Shown here piece after piece: positions 40,501 through 54,981 of a stretch of DNA of 64,000 bases; positions within the stretch are counted from its first letter, which is position 1, and every line of letters begins with the position of its first letter. The notes under the pieces are model-generated. The model made no database searches. It saw only the letters and a list, made by a program, of their open reading frames with translations, and had not been told where the DNA came from. The position numbers and the translations under genes were made by a program. The stretch comes from the human T2T-CHM13v2.0 reference genome, Homo sapiens. The stretch lies in NCBI RefSeq assembly GCF_009914755.1, contig NC_060933.1, one strand, 5' to 3'.

Positions 40501-42069
40501 AATCAACTCGATTGCAATGGAAAGGAATGGAATGGAAAGGAATAGAATGGAATCAACCCGAGTGGAATGGAATGGAAAGGACTGGAATGGAATGGAATGG
40601 AATGGAATCAAATGGATTGGAATGGAATGGAATCGAATGGAATGGAAGGGAATGGAATCAACTCGATTGCAATGGAATGGAATGGAATGGAATGGAATTA
40701 ACCCGAATAGAATGGAATAGAATGGAATGGAACGGAATGTAATGGAATGGAATGGAATGGAATCAAGCCGAGTGCAGGGGAATGGAATGGAATGGAACGC
40801 AATGGAATCGAATCATCCGGAATGGAATGGAATGGAATGGAATCAACTCGATTTCAATGGAATGGAATGGAATAGAATGGAATGGAATTAACACGAATAG
40901 AATGGAATGGAATGGAATGGAATGGAACGGAAAGGAATGGAATGGAACGGAATGGAATCAACCCAAGTGCAGGGGAATGGAATGGAATGGATTTCAATGG
41001 AATGGAACCATCCGGATTGGAATGGAATGGAATGGAATGGAATGGAATGGAATGCAATGCAGTGGAATCAACCCGAGGGCAATGGAATGGAGAGGAATGG
41101 AATGGAATGGAATGGAAACTACCCGAATGGAATGGAATGGAATGGAGTGTAAGGGAATTGAATAGAATCAATCCGAATGGAATGGAATGGAATGGGACGG
41201 AATGGAATGGAATGGAATGGAATGGAATGGAATGGAATGGAATGCAATGGAATGGAATCAACCCGAGTGCAATCGAATGGAATCGAATGGAATGGAATGC
41301 AATGGAATGGATTCAACTTGAATGGAATGGAGAGAATGGAATCAACACGAGTGGAATGGCGTGGATTTGGAATGGAATGGAATGGAATCAACCCGAGTAC
41401 AGGGGAATGGAATGGAATGGAATGCAATGGAATGGAATCATCCGTAATGGAATGGAAAGGAATGGAATGGAATGGAATGGAATGGAATGGAATGGAATGG
41501 AATCAACTCGATTGCAATCGAATGGAATGGAATGGAATTAACCCGAATAGAATGGAATGGAATGGAATGGAACGGAACGGAATGGAATGGAATGGAATGG
41601 AATGGAATGGAATGAAACGGAACGGAATGGAATGGAATGGAATGGAATGGAATCAACGCGAGTGCAGGGGAATGGAATGGAATGGAATGCAATGGAATGC
41701 AATCTTCCGGAATGGAATGGAATGGAATGGAATGGAATGAAATGCAATGGATTCAACTCGATTGCAATGGAATGGAATAGAATGGAATGGAATGGAATGG
41801 AATGGAATTAACCCGAATAGAATGGAATGGAATGGAATGGAACGGAATGGAACGGAATGGAATGGAATGGAATGGAATGGAATGGAATGGAATGGTATGT
41901 AATGGAATGGAATGGTACGGAATAGAATGGAATGGAACGAATTGTAATGGAATGGAATTGAATGGAATGGAATGGTATGGAATGGAATCAACGCGAGTGC
42001 AGGGGAATGTAATGCAACGGAATACAATGGAATGGAATCATCCGCAATGGAATGGAATGGAAAGGAATG

Positions 42070-45000
42070 GAATGGAATGGAATCAACCCGAGTGCAATGG
42101 AATGGAGTGGAATGGAATGGAATGGAATGGAACAACCCGAATGGAATGGAATGTAATGGACAGTAAGGGAGTTGAATAGAATCAATCCGAATGTAATGGA
42201 ATGGAATGCAACGGAATGGAATGGAATGGAATGGAATGGAATGCAAAGGAATGGAATCAACCCGAGTGGAATGGCATGGAATGGAATGCAATGGAATGGA
42301 ATGGAATGGAATCAACTCGAGTGGAAAGGAATGGAATGGAATGGAAAGGAATGGAATGAAGTCAACTCGAGTGGAATGGAATGGAATGGAATGGATTGGA
42401 ATGGATTGCAATGGAATGAAATGGAATGGAATGGAATGGAATCAATCATTCCGAGTGGAATGGAAGGGAATGTAATAGAGTGGAAAGAAGGGAATGGAAT
42501 CAACCCGAGTGGAATGCAAGGCAATGGAATGGAATGGAAAGGAATGGAATGGAATTAACTCGATTGCAATGGAATGGAATGGAATGGAATGGAATTAACC
42601 GGAATAGAATGGAATGGAATGGAATGGAACGGAATGGAATGGAACGGAAGGGAATGGAATCAACACGAGTGCAGGGGAATGGAATGCAATGGAATGGAAT
42701 CATCCGGAATGGAATGGAATGGAATGGAATCAACTCCATTGCAATGGAATGGAATGGAATGGAATGGAATAGAATGGAATGGAATTAACCCGAATAGAAT
42801 GGAATGCAATAGAATGGAATGCAACGGAACCGAATGGAGTGGAATGGAATGGAATGCAATGGAAAGCAATGGAATGGAATGGAATGGAATCAACTCGATG
42901 GCAATCGAATGGAATGGAATGGAATTAACCCGAATATAATGGAATGGAATGGAATGGAACGGAACGGAATGGAATGGAATGGAATGGAATGGAATGGAAC
43001 GGAATGGAATGGAATGGAATGGAATGGAATGGAATGGAATCAACGCGAGTGCAGGGGAATGCAATGGAATGGAATGCAATGGGTTGGAAACTTCCGGAAT
43101 GGAATGGAATGGAATGGAATGGAATGGAATGGAATGAAAGGCAATGGATTCAAATCGATTGCAATGGAGTGGAATAGAATGGAATGGAATGGAATGGAAT
43201 GCAATGGAATGGAAAGGAATTGAATGGAATGGAATGCCTTCAAACCGAATGGAATGGTTAGGAATGGAATCAACACGAGTGGAAAGCAATGGAATGGAAA
43301 GGAATGGAATGGAATGGAATGGTATGGAATAGAATGGAATCGAACCAACTGGAATGGAATGGAATGGAATGGAATGGAATGGAATGGAATGGAATCGTTC
43401 CGAGTGGAATAGGAGGGAATGTATTCGAGTGGAATGGAAAGGAATGGAATCAACCAGAGTGGAATGGAAGGGAATGGAATGGAATGGACACTAATAGAAT
43501 GGAATCAACCCGAGTGGAAAGGAATGGAAAGGAATGGAATGGAATGGAATGGAATGGAATGGAATGGAATCAACTCGATTGTAATGGAATGGAATGGAAT
43601 GGAATGGAATGGAATGGAATGGAATGGAATGGAATGGAATTAACCCGAATACAATGGAATGGAATGGAATGGAACGGAATGGAGTGGAATGGAATGGAAT
43701 CAACCCGAGTGCAGGGGAATGGAATGGAATGGTATGCAATGGAATGGAATCATCCGAAATGGAATGGTATGGAATGGAATGCAAAGCAATGGAATCAACT
43801 CAATTGCAATGGAATGGAATGGAATGGAAAGGAATAGAATTGAATCAACCTGAGTGTAATGGAATGGAAAGGACTGGAATGGAGTGGAATGGAATGGAAT
43901 GGAATGGAATGGAATCAACTCGATTGGAATGGAATCTAATGGAATGGAATGGAATGGAATGGAATGGAATTAACCCGAATAGAATGGAATGGAATGGAAC
44001 GGAATGGAATGGAATGGAATGGAATGGAATGGAATGGAATGGAATGGAATCAACCCGACTACAGGGGAATGGAATGGAATGGAATGGAATGGAATGGAAT
44101 CATCCGGAACGGAATGGAATGGTATGGAATGGAATCAACTCGATTGCAATGGAATGGAATGGAATGGAATGGAATCGAATGGAATGGAATGGAATTAACC
44201 GGAATAGAATGGAATGGAATGGAATGGAACGGAATGGAATGGAATGGAATGGAATGGAATGGAATGGAATCAACCCGAGTGCAGGGGAATGGAATGGAAT
44301 GGAATGCAATGGAATGGAATCATCCGGAATGGAATGGAATGGAATGCAATGCAATCAACCTGATGCAATGGAATGGAGTGGAATGGAATGGAATGGAATG
44401 GAAACATCCCGAATGGAATGGAATGTAATGCAGTGTAAGGGAATTGAATAGAATCAATCCGAATGTAATGGAATGGAATGGAATGAAATGGAATGGATTG
44501 GAATGGAATGGAATCAACCCGAGTGCAATGGAATGGATTCGAACGGAATGGAATGGAATGGAATGGATTCAACAAGAATGGAATAGAAAGGAATGGAATC
44601 AACCCGAGTGTAATGGCATGGAATGGAACGGAATGGAATGGGATGGAATGGAATGGTTCGTAATAGAATGGAATGGAATGAAATGGAATGGAATGGAATG
44701 GAATGGAATGGAATGGAATGAACCCGTGTTCAATGGAATGGAATGGAATGGAATGGAATGGATTCAACTCGAATGGAATCAACTCGATTGCAATGGAATG
44801 GAATGGAATTGAAAGGAATAGAATGGAATCATCCCGAGTGGAATGGAATGGAAAGGACTGGAATGGAGTGGAATGGAATGGAATGGTATTAACCCGAATA
44901 GAATGAAATGGAACGGAATGGAATGGAATGGAATGGAATGGAATGGAATGGAATCAACCCGAGTGCAGGGGAATGGAATGGAATGGAATGCAATGGAATG

Positions 45001-47830
45001 GAATCATCTGGAATGGAATGGAATGGAATGGAATGGAATGGAATGGAATAGAATGGAATCAACTCGATTTCAATGGAATGGAATGGAATAGAATGGAATG
45101 GAATTAACACGAATAGAATGGAATGGAATGGAATTGAATGGAACAGAAAGCAATGGAATGGAATGGAATGGAATCAACCCGAGTGCAGGGGAATGGAATG
45201 GAATGGAATGCAATGGAATGGAATCATCCGGAATGGAATGGAATGGAATGCAATGGAATGGAATGGAATGGAATCAACCCGAGTGCAATGGAATGGAGTG
45301 GAATGGAATGGAATGGAATGGAACAACCCGAATGGAATGGAATGTAATGGACAGTAAGGGAGTTGAATAGAATCAATCCGAATGTAATGGAATGGAATGC
45401 AGCGGAATGGAATGGAATGGAATGGAATGGAATGCAAAGGAATGGAATCAACCCGAGTGGAATGGCATGGAATGGAATGCAATGGAATGGAATGGAATGG
45501 AATCAACTCGAGTGGAAAGGAATGGAATGGAATGGAAAGGAATGGAATGAAGTCAACTCGAGTGGAATGGAATGGAATGGAATGGATTGGAATGGATTGC
45601 AATGGAATGAAATGGAATGGAATGGAATGGAATCAATCATTCCGAGTGGAATGGAAGGGAATGTAATAGAGTGGAAAGAAGGGAATGGAATCAACCCGAG
45701 TGGAATGCAAGGCAATGGAATGGAATGGAAAGGAATGGAATGGAATCAACTCGATTGCAATGGAATGGAATGGAATGGAATGGAATTAACCGGAATAGAA
45801 TGGAATGGAATGGAATGGAACGGAATGGAATGGAATGGAAGGGAATGGAATCAACACGAGTGCAGGGGAATGATATGCAATGGAATGGAATCATCCGGAA
45901 TGGAATGGAATGGAATGGAATCAACTCCATTGCAATGGAATGGAATGGAATGGAATGGAATAGAATGGAATGGAATTAACCCGAATAGAATGGAATGCAA
46001 TAGAATGGAATGCAACGGAACCGAATGGAGTGGAATGGAATGGAATGCAATGGAATGGAATGGAATGGAATGGAATGGAATCAACTCGATGGCAATCGAA
46101 TGGAATGGAATGGAATTAACCCGAATATAATGGAATGGAATGGAATGGAACGGACCGGAATGGAATGGAATGGAATGGAATGGAATGGAACGGAACGGAA
46201 TGGAATGGACTGGAATGGAATGGAATGGAATCAACGCGAGTGCAGGGGAATGCAATGGAATGGAATGCAATGGGTTGGAAACTTCCGGAATGGAATGGAA
46301 TGGAATGGAATGGAATGGAATGGAATGAAAGGCAATGGATTCAAATCGATTGCAATGGAGTGGAATAGAATGGAATGGAATGGAATGGAATGCAATGGAA
46401 TGGAAAGGAATTGAATGGAATGGAATGCCTTCAAACCGAATGGAATGGAAAGGAATGGAATCAACACGAGTGGAAAGCAATGGAATGGAAAGGAATGGAA
46501 TGGAATGGAATGGTATGGAATAGAATGGAATCGAACCAACTGGAATGGAATGGAATGGAATGGAATGGAATGGAATGGAATGGAATCGTTCCGAGTGGAA
46601 TAGGAGGGAATGTATTCGAGTGGAATGGAAAGGAATGGAATCAACCAGAGTGGAATGGAAGGGAATGGTATGGAATGGACACTAATAGAATGGAATCAAC
46701 CCGAGTGGAAAGGAATGGAAAGGAATGGAATGGAATGGAATGGAATGGAATGGAATGGAATGGAATCAACTCGATTGTAATGGAATGGAATGGAATGGAA
46801 TGGAATGGAATGGAATGGAATGGAATGGAATTAACCCGAATACAATGGAATGGAATGGAATGGAACGGAATGGAGTGGAATGGAATGGAATCAACGCGAG
46901 TGCAGGGGAATGGAATGGAATGGTATGCAATGGAATGGAATCATCCGGAATGGAATGGTATGGAATGGAATGCAAAGCAATGGAATCAACTCAATTGCAA
47001 TGGAATGGAATGGAATGGAAAGGAATAGAATTGAATCAACCTGAGTGTAATGGAATGGAAAGGACTGGAATGGAGTGGAATGGAATGGAATGGAATGGAA
47101 TGGAATCAACTCGATTGGAATGGAATCTAATGGAATGGAATGGATTGGAATGGAATGGAATTAACCCGAATAGAATGGAATGGAATGGAACGGAATGGAA
47201 TGGAATGGAATGGAATGGAATGGAATGGAATCAACCCGACTACAGGGGAATGGAATGGAATGGAATGGAATGGAATGGAATCATCCGGAACGGAATGGAA
47301 TGGTATGGAATGGAATCAACTCGATTGCAATGGAATGGAATGGAATGGAATGGAATCGAATGGAATGGAATGGAATTAACCGGAATAGAATGGAATGGAA
47401 TGGAATGGAACGGAATGGAATGGAATGGAATGGAATGGAATGGAATGGAATCAACCCGAGTGCAGGGGAATGGAATGGAATGGAATGCAATGGAATGGAA
47501 TCATCCGGAATGGAATGGAATGGAATGCAATGCAATCAACCTGATGCAATGGAATGGAGTGGAATGGAATGGAATGGAATGGAAACATCCCGAATGGAAT
47601 GGAATGTAATGCAGTGTAAGGGAATTGAATAGAATCAATCCGAATGTAATGGAATGGAATGGAATGAAATGGAATGGATTGGAATGGAATGGAATCAACC
47701 CGAGTGCAATGGAATGGATTCGAACGGAATGGAATGGAATGGAATGGATTCAACAAGAATGGAATGGAAAGGAATGGAATCAACCCGAGTGTAATGGCAT
47801 GGAATGGAACGGAATGGAATGGGATGGAAT
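42070..47830 (+). repeat. Recent tandem duplication, period 3191/3181 bp (about 1.8 copies)
   Basis: Private variants: CAGTAAGGG 42161/45352, GGGTTGGAAAC 43081/46272, GAATCTAATGG 43932/47123, GACTACAGGGG 44057/47238. Confidence 0.9.
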
Positions 47831-50800
47831 GGAATGGAATGGAATGGAATCAACTCGATTGCAATCGAATGGAATGGAATGGAATTAACCCGAATAGAAT
47901 GGAATGGAATGGAATGGAACGGAACGGAAAGGAATGGAATGGAATGGAATCAACGCGAGTGCAGGGGAATGGAATGGAATGGAATGCAATGGAATGGAAT
48001 CTTCCGGAATGGAATGGAATTGAATGGAATGGAATTGAATGGTATGGAATAAACCCTAGTGCAATGGAATGGAGTGGAGTGGAATGGAATGGAAAGGAAC
48101 AAGCCGAATGGAATGGAATGTAATGGAGACTAAGGGAGTTGAATAGAATCAATCCGAATGTAATGGAATGGAATGGAACGGAATGGAATTGAATGGAATG
48201 GAATGGAATGGAATGCAATGGAATGGAAACTTCCGGAATGGAATGGAATGGAATGGAATGGAATGAAATGCAATGGATTCAACTCGATTGCAATGGAATG
48301 GAATAGAATGGAATGGAATGGAATGGAATGGAATGGAATGGAATTAATCCGAATAGAATGGAATGGAATGGAATGGAACGGAATGGAACGGAAAGGAATG
48401 GAATGGAACGGAATGGAATGGAATGGAATGGAATGGTATGGAATGGAATGGAATGGTATGGAATAGAATGGAATGGAACGAATTGTAATGGAATGGAATT
48501 GAATGGAATGGAATGGAATGGAATGGAATGGAATCAACGTGAGTGCAGGGGAATGTAATGGAACGGAATGCAATGGAATGGAATCATCCGGAATGGAATG
48601 GAATGGAATGGAATGGAATGGAATCAACCCGAGTGCAATGGAATGGAGTGGAATGGAATGGAATGGAATGGAACAACCCGAATGGAATGGAATGTAATGG
48701 AGAGTAAGGGAGTTGAATAGAATCAATCTGAACGTAATGGAATGGAATGCAACGGAATGGAATGGAATGGAATGGAATGGAATGCAATGGAATGGAATCA
48801 ACCCGAGTACAATGGAATGGAATGGAATGGAATGGAATGGAATGGAATGATACGGAATAGAATGGAATGGAACGAAACGGAATGGAATGGAATGGAATGG
48901 AATGGAATGGAATGGAATCGTTCCGAGTGGAATAGGAGGGAATGTATTCGAGTGGAATGGAAAGAAATGGAATCAACCAGAGTGGAATGGAAGGGAATGG
49001 AATGGAATGGAAACTAATAGAATGGAATCAACCCGAGTGGAATGGAATGGAAAGGACTGGAATGGAATGGAATGGAATGGAATCAACTCGATTGTAATGG
49101 AATGGAATGGAATGGAATGGAATGGAATGGAATGGAATGGAATGGAATTAACCCGAATACAATGGAATGGAATGGAATGGAATGGAATGGAGTGGAATGG
49201 AATGGAATCAACCCGAGTGCAGGGGAATGGAATGGAATGGAATGCAATGGAATGGAATCATCCGGAATGGAATGGAATGGAATGGAATGCAAAGCAATGG
49301 AATCAACTCGATTGCAATGGAATGGAATGGAATGGAAAGGAATACATTGGAATCAACCCGAGTGGAATGGAATGGAAAGGACTGGAATGGAATGGAATGG
49401 AATGGAATGCAATGGAATGGAATGGAATGGAATCAACTTGATTGGAATGGAATGGATTGGAATGGAATGGAATGGAATGGAATGGAATCAACCCGACTGC
49501 AGGGGAATGGAATGGAATGGAATGCAATGGAATGGATTCAACTTGAATGGAATGGAAAGAATGGAATCAACACGAGTGGAATGGCATGGATTGGAATGGA
49601 ATGGAATGGAATCAACCCGAGTACAGGGGAATGGAATGGAATGGAATGCAATGGAATGGAATCATCCGTAATGGAATGGAAAGGAATGGAATGGAATGGA
49701 ATGGAATGGAATGGAATGGAATGGAATCAACAAGATTGCAATCGAATGGAATGGAATGGAATTAACCCGAATAGAATGGAATGGAATGGAATGGAACGGA
49801 ACGGAATGGAATGGAATGGAATGGAACGGAATAGAATGGAATGGAATGGAATGGAATGGCATCAACGCGAGTGCAGGGGAATGGAATGGAATGGAATGCA
49901 ATGGAATGGAAACTTCCGGAATGGAATGGAATGGAATGGAATGGAATGAAATGCAATGGATTCAACTCGATTGCAATGGAATGGAATAGAATGGAATGAA
50001 ATGGAATGGAATGCAATTAATCCGAATAGAATGGAATGGAATGGAATGGAACGGAATGGAACGGAATGGAATGGAATGGAATGGAATGGAATGGAATGGT
50101 ATGGAATGGAATGGAATGGTACGGAATAGAATGGAATGGAACGAATTGTAATGGAATGGAATTGAATGGAATGGAATGGAATGGAATGGAATCAACGCGA
50201 GTGCAGGGGAATGTAATGGAACGGAATGCAATGGAATGGAATCATCTGGAATGGAATGGAATGGAATGGAATGGAATGGAATGGAATCAACCCGAGTGCA
50301 ATGGAATGGAGTGGAATGGAATGGAATGGAATGGAACAACCCGTATGGAATGGAATGTAATGGAGAGTAAGGGAGTTGAATAGAATCAATCCTAATATAA
50401 TGGAATGGAATGCAACGGAATGGAATGGAATGGAATGCAATGGAATGGAATCAACCCGAGTACAATGGAATGGAATGGAATGGAATGGAATGGAATGATA
50501 CGGAATAGAATGGAATAGAACGAAATGGAATGGAATGGAAAGGAATGGAATGGAATGGAATGGAATCGTTCCGAGTGGAATAGGAGGGAATGTATTCGAG
50601 TGGAATGGAAAGGAATGGAATCAACCAGAGTGGAATGGAAGGGAATGGAATGGAATGGAAACTAATAGAATGGAATCAACCCGAGTGGAATGGAATGGAA
50701 AGGACTGGAATGGAATGGAATGGAATGGAATCAACTCGTTTGTAATGGAATGGAATGGAATGGAATGGAATGGAATTAACCCGAATACAATGGAAGGAAT

Positions 50801-53800
50801 GGAATGGAATGGAAACTAATAGAATGGAATCAACCCGAGTGGAATGGAATGGAAAGGACTGGAATGGAATGGAATGGAATGGAATCAACTCGATTGTAAT
50901 GGAATGCAATGGAATGGAATGGAATGGAATGGAATGGAATTAACCCGAATACAATGGAATGGAATGGAATGGAATGGAAAGGAATACATTGGAATCAACC
51001 CGAGTGGAATGGAATGGAAAGGACTGGAATGGAGTGGAATGGAATGGAATGGAATCAACTTGATTGGAATGGAATGGAATGGAATGGAATGGAATGGAAT
51101 CAACCCGACTGCAGGGGAGTGGAATGGAATGGAATGCAATGGAATGGATTCAACTTGAATGGAATGGAAAGAATGGAATCAACACGAGTGGAATGGCATG
51201 GATTGGAATGGAATGGAATGGAATCAACCCGAGTACAGGGGAATGGAATGGAATGGAATGCAATGGAATGGAATCATCCGTAATGGAATGGAAAGTAATG
51301 GAATGGAATGGAATGGAATGGAATGGAATGGAACGGAACGGAACGGAACGGAATGGAATGGTATGGAATGGAATGGAATCAACGCGAGTGCAGGGGAATG
51401 GAATGTAATGGAATGCAATGGAATGGAATCTTCCGGAATGGAATGGAATGGAATGGAATGGAATGAAATGCAATGGATTCAACTCGATTGCAATGGAATG
51501 GAATAGAATGGAATGGAATGGAATGGAATGGGATTAACCCGAATAGAATGGAATGGAATGGAATGGAACGGAATGGAACGGAATGGAATGGAATGGAATG
51601 GAATGGAATAGAATGGAATGGTATGGAATGGAGTGGAATGGTACGGAATAGAATGGAATGGAACGAATTGTAATGGAATGAAATTGAATGGAATGGAATG
51701 GAATGGAATGGAATCAACGCGAGTGCAGGGGAATGTAATGGAACGGAATGCAATGGAATGGAATCATCCGGAATGGAATGGAATGGAATGGAATGGAATG
51801 GAATCAACCCGACTGCAATGGAATGGAGTGGAATGGAATGGAATGGAATGGAACAACCCGAATGGAATGGAATGTAATGGAGAGTAAGGGAGTTGAATAG
51901 AATCAATCCGAATGTAATGGAATGGAATGCAACGGAATGGAATGGAATGGAATGGAATGGAATGGAATGGAATGGAATGCAAAGGAATGGAATCAACCCG
52001 AGTGGAATGGCATGGAATGGAATGCAATGGATTGGAATGGAATGGAATCAACTCGAGTGGAAAGGAATGGAATTGAATGGAAAGGAATGGAATGAAGTCA
52101 ACTCGAGTGGAATGGAATGGAATGGAATGGATTGGAATGGATTGCAATGGAATGCAATGGAATGGAATGGAATGGAATCAATCATGGAAGGGAATGTAAT
52201 GGAGTGGAAAGAAGGGAATGGAATCAACCCGAGTGGAATGCAAGGCAATGGAATGGAATGGAAAGGAATGGAATGGAATCAACTCGATTGCAATGGAATG
52301 GAATGGAATGGAATGGAATGGAATGGAATGGAATTAACCGGAATAGAATTGAATGGAATGGAATGGAACGGAATGGAATGGAATGGAAGGGAATGGAATC
52401 AACACGAGTGCAGGGGAATGGAATGGAATGGAATGCAATGGAATGGAATCATCCGGAATGGAATGGAATGGAATGGAATCAACTCCATTGCAATGGAATG
52501 GAATGGAATGGAATAGAATGGAATGGAATTAACCCGAATAGAATGGAATGCAATAGAATGGAATGCAACGGAACCGAATGGAGTGGAATGGAATGGAATG
52601 GAATCAACCCGAGTACAGGGGAATGGAATGGAATGGAATGCAATGGAATGGAGTCATACGTAATGGAATGGAAAGGAATGGAATGGAATGGAATGGAATG
52701 GAATGGAATGGAATCAACTCGATGGCAATCGAATGGAATGGAATGGAATTAACCCGAATAGAATGGAATGGAATGGAATGGAACCGAACGGAATGGAATG
52801 GAATGGAATGGAATGGAATGGAATGGAATGGAACGGAACGGAACGGAATGGAATGGAATGGAATGGAATGGAATCAACGCGAGTGCAGGGGAATTGAATG
52901 GAATGAAATGCAATGGAATGGAATCTTCCGGAATGGAATGGAATGGAATGGAATGGAATGGAATGAAAGGCAATGGATTCAACTCGATTGCAATGCAATG
53001 CAATAGAATGGAAGGGAATGGAATGGAATGGAATGGAATTGAATGGAATGGAATGCTTTCAAACCGAATGGAATGGAAAGGAATGGAATCTACACGAGTG
53101 GAAAGGAATGGAATGGAAAGGAATGTAATGGAATGGAATGGTACGGAATAGAACGGAATGGAACGAACTGGAATGGAATGGAATGGAATGGAATGGAATG
53201 GAATGGAATCGTTCCGAGTGGAATAGGAGGGAATGTATTCGAGTGGAATGGAAAGGAATGGAATCAACCAGAGTGGAATGGAAGGGAATGGAATGGAATG
53301 GAAACTAATAGAATGGAATCAACCCGAGTGGAATGGAATGGAAAGGACTGGAATGGAATGGAATGGAATGATATGGAATGGAATCAACTCGATTGTAATG
53401 GAATGGAATGGAATGGAATGGAATGGAATGGAATGGAATGGAATTAACCCGAATACAATGGAATGGAATGGAATGGAACGGAATGGAGTGGAATGGAATG
53501 GAATCAACCCGAGTGTAATGGAATGGAAAGGACTGGAATGGAGTGGAATGGAATGGAATGCAATGGAATGGAATCAACTCGATTGGAATGGAATGGAATG
53601 GAATGGAATGCAATGGAATGGAATCTTCCGGAATGGAATGGAATGCAATGGAATAAACCCGAGTGCAATGGAATGGAGTGGAATGGAATGGAATGGTATG
53701 GAAAAACCCGAATGGAATGGAATGTAATGGAGAGTAAGGGAGTTGAATAGAATCAATCCGAATGGAATGGAATGGAATGGAACGGTATGGAATTGAATGG

Positions 53801-54981
53801 AATGGAATGGAATGCTATGGAATGGAATCAACCCGAGTGCAATGGAATGGAGAGGAATGGAATGGAATGGAATGGAAACTACCCGAATGGAATGGAATGT
53901 AATGGAGTGTAAGGGAATTGAATAGAATCAATCCGAATGTAATGGAATGGAATGGAACGGAATGGAATGGAATGGAATGGAATGGAATGCAATGGAATGG
54001 AATCAACCCGAGTGCAATCGAATGGAATCGAATTCAATGGAATGCAATGGAATGGATTCATCTTGAAAGGAATGGAAAGAATGGAATCAACACGAGTGGA
54101 ATGGCATGGATTCGAATGCAATGGAATGGAAACAACCCGAGTACAGGGGAATGGAATGGAATGGAATGCAATGGAATGGAATCATCCGTAATGGAATGGA
54201 ATGGAATGGAATGCAAAGCAATGGAATCAACTCGATTGCAATGGAATGGAATGGAATGGAAAGGAATACATTGGAATCAACCCGAGTGGAATGCAATGGA
54301 AAGGACTGGAATGGAGTGGAATGGAATGGAATGGAATGGAATGGAATGGAATGGAATCAACTCGATTGGAATGGAATGGATTGGAATGGAATGGAATGGA
54401 ATTAACCCGAATGGAATGGAATGGAATGGAATGGAACGGAACGGAACGGAACGGAATGGAATGGAATGGAATGGAATGGAATGGAATGGAATCAACCCGA
54501 CTGCAGGGGAATGGTATGGAATGGAATGCAATGGAATGGATTCAACTTGAATGGAATGGAAAGAATGGAATCAACACGAGTGGAATGGCATGGATTGGAA
54601 TGGAATGGAATGGAATGAACCCGAGTACAGGGGAATGGAATGGAATGGAATGCAATGGAATGGAATCATCCGTAATGGAATGGAAAGGAATGGAATGGAA
54701 TCATCCGTAATGGAATGGAAAGGAATGGAATGGAATGGAATGGAATGGAATGGAATGGAATGGAATGGAATGGAATCAACTCGATTGCAATCGAATGGAA
54801 TGGAATGGAATTAACCCGAATAGAATGGAATGGAATGGAATGGAACGGAACGGAACGGAACGGAACGGAATGGAATGGAATGGAACGGAAAGGAATGGAA
54901 TGGAATGGAATGGAATGGAATGGAATGGAATGGAATCAACGCGAGTGCAGGGGAATGGAATGGAATGGAATGCAATGGAAT

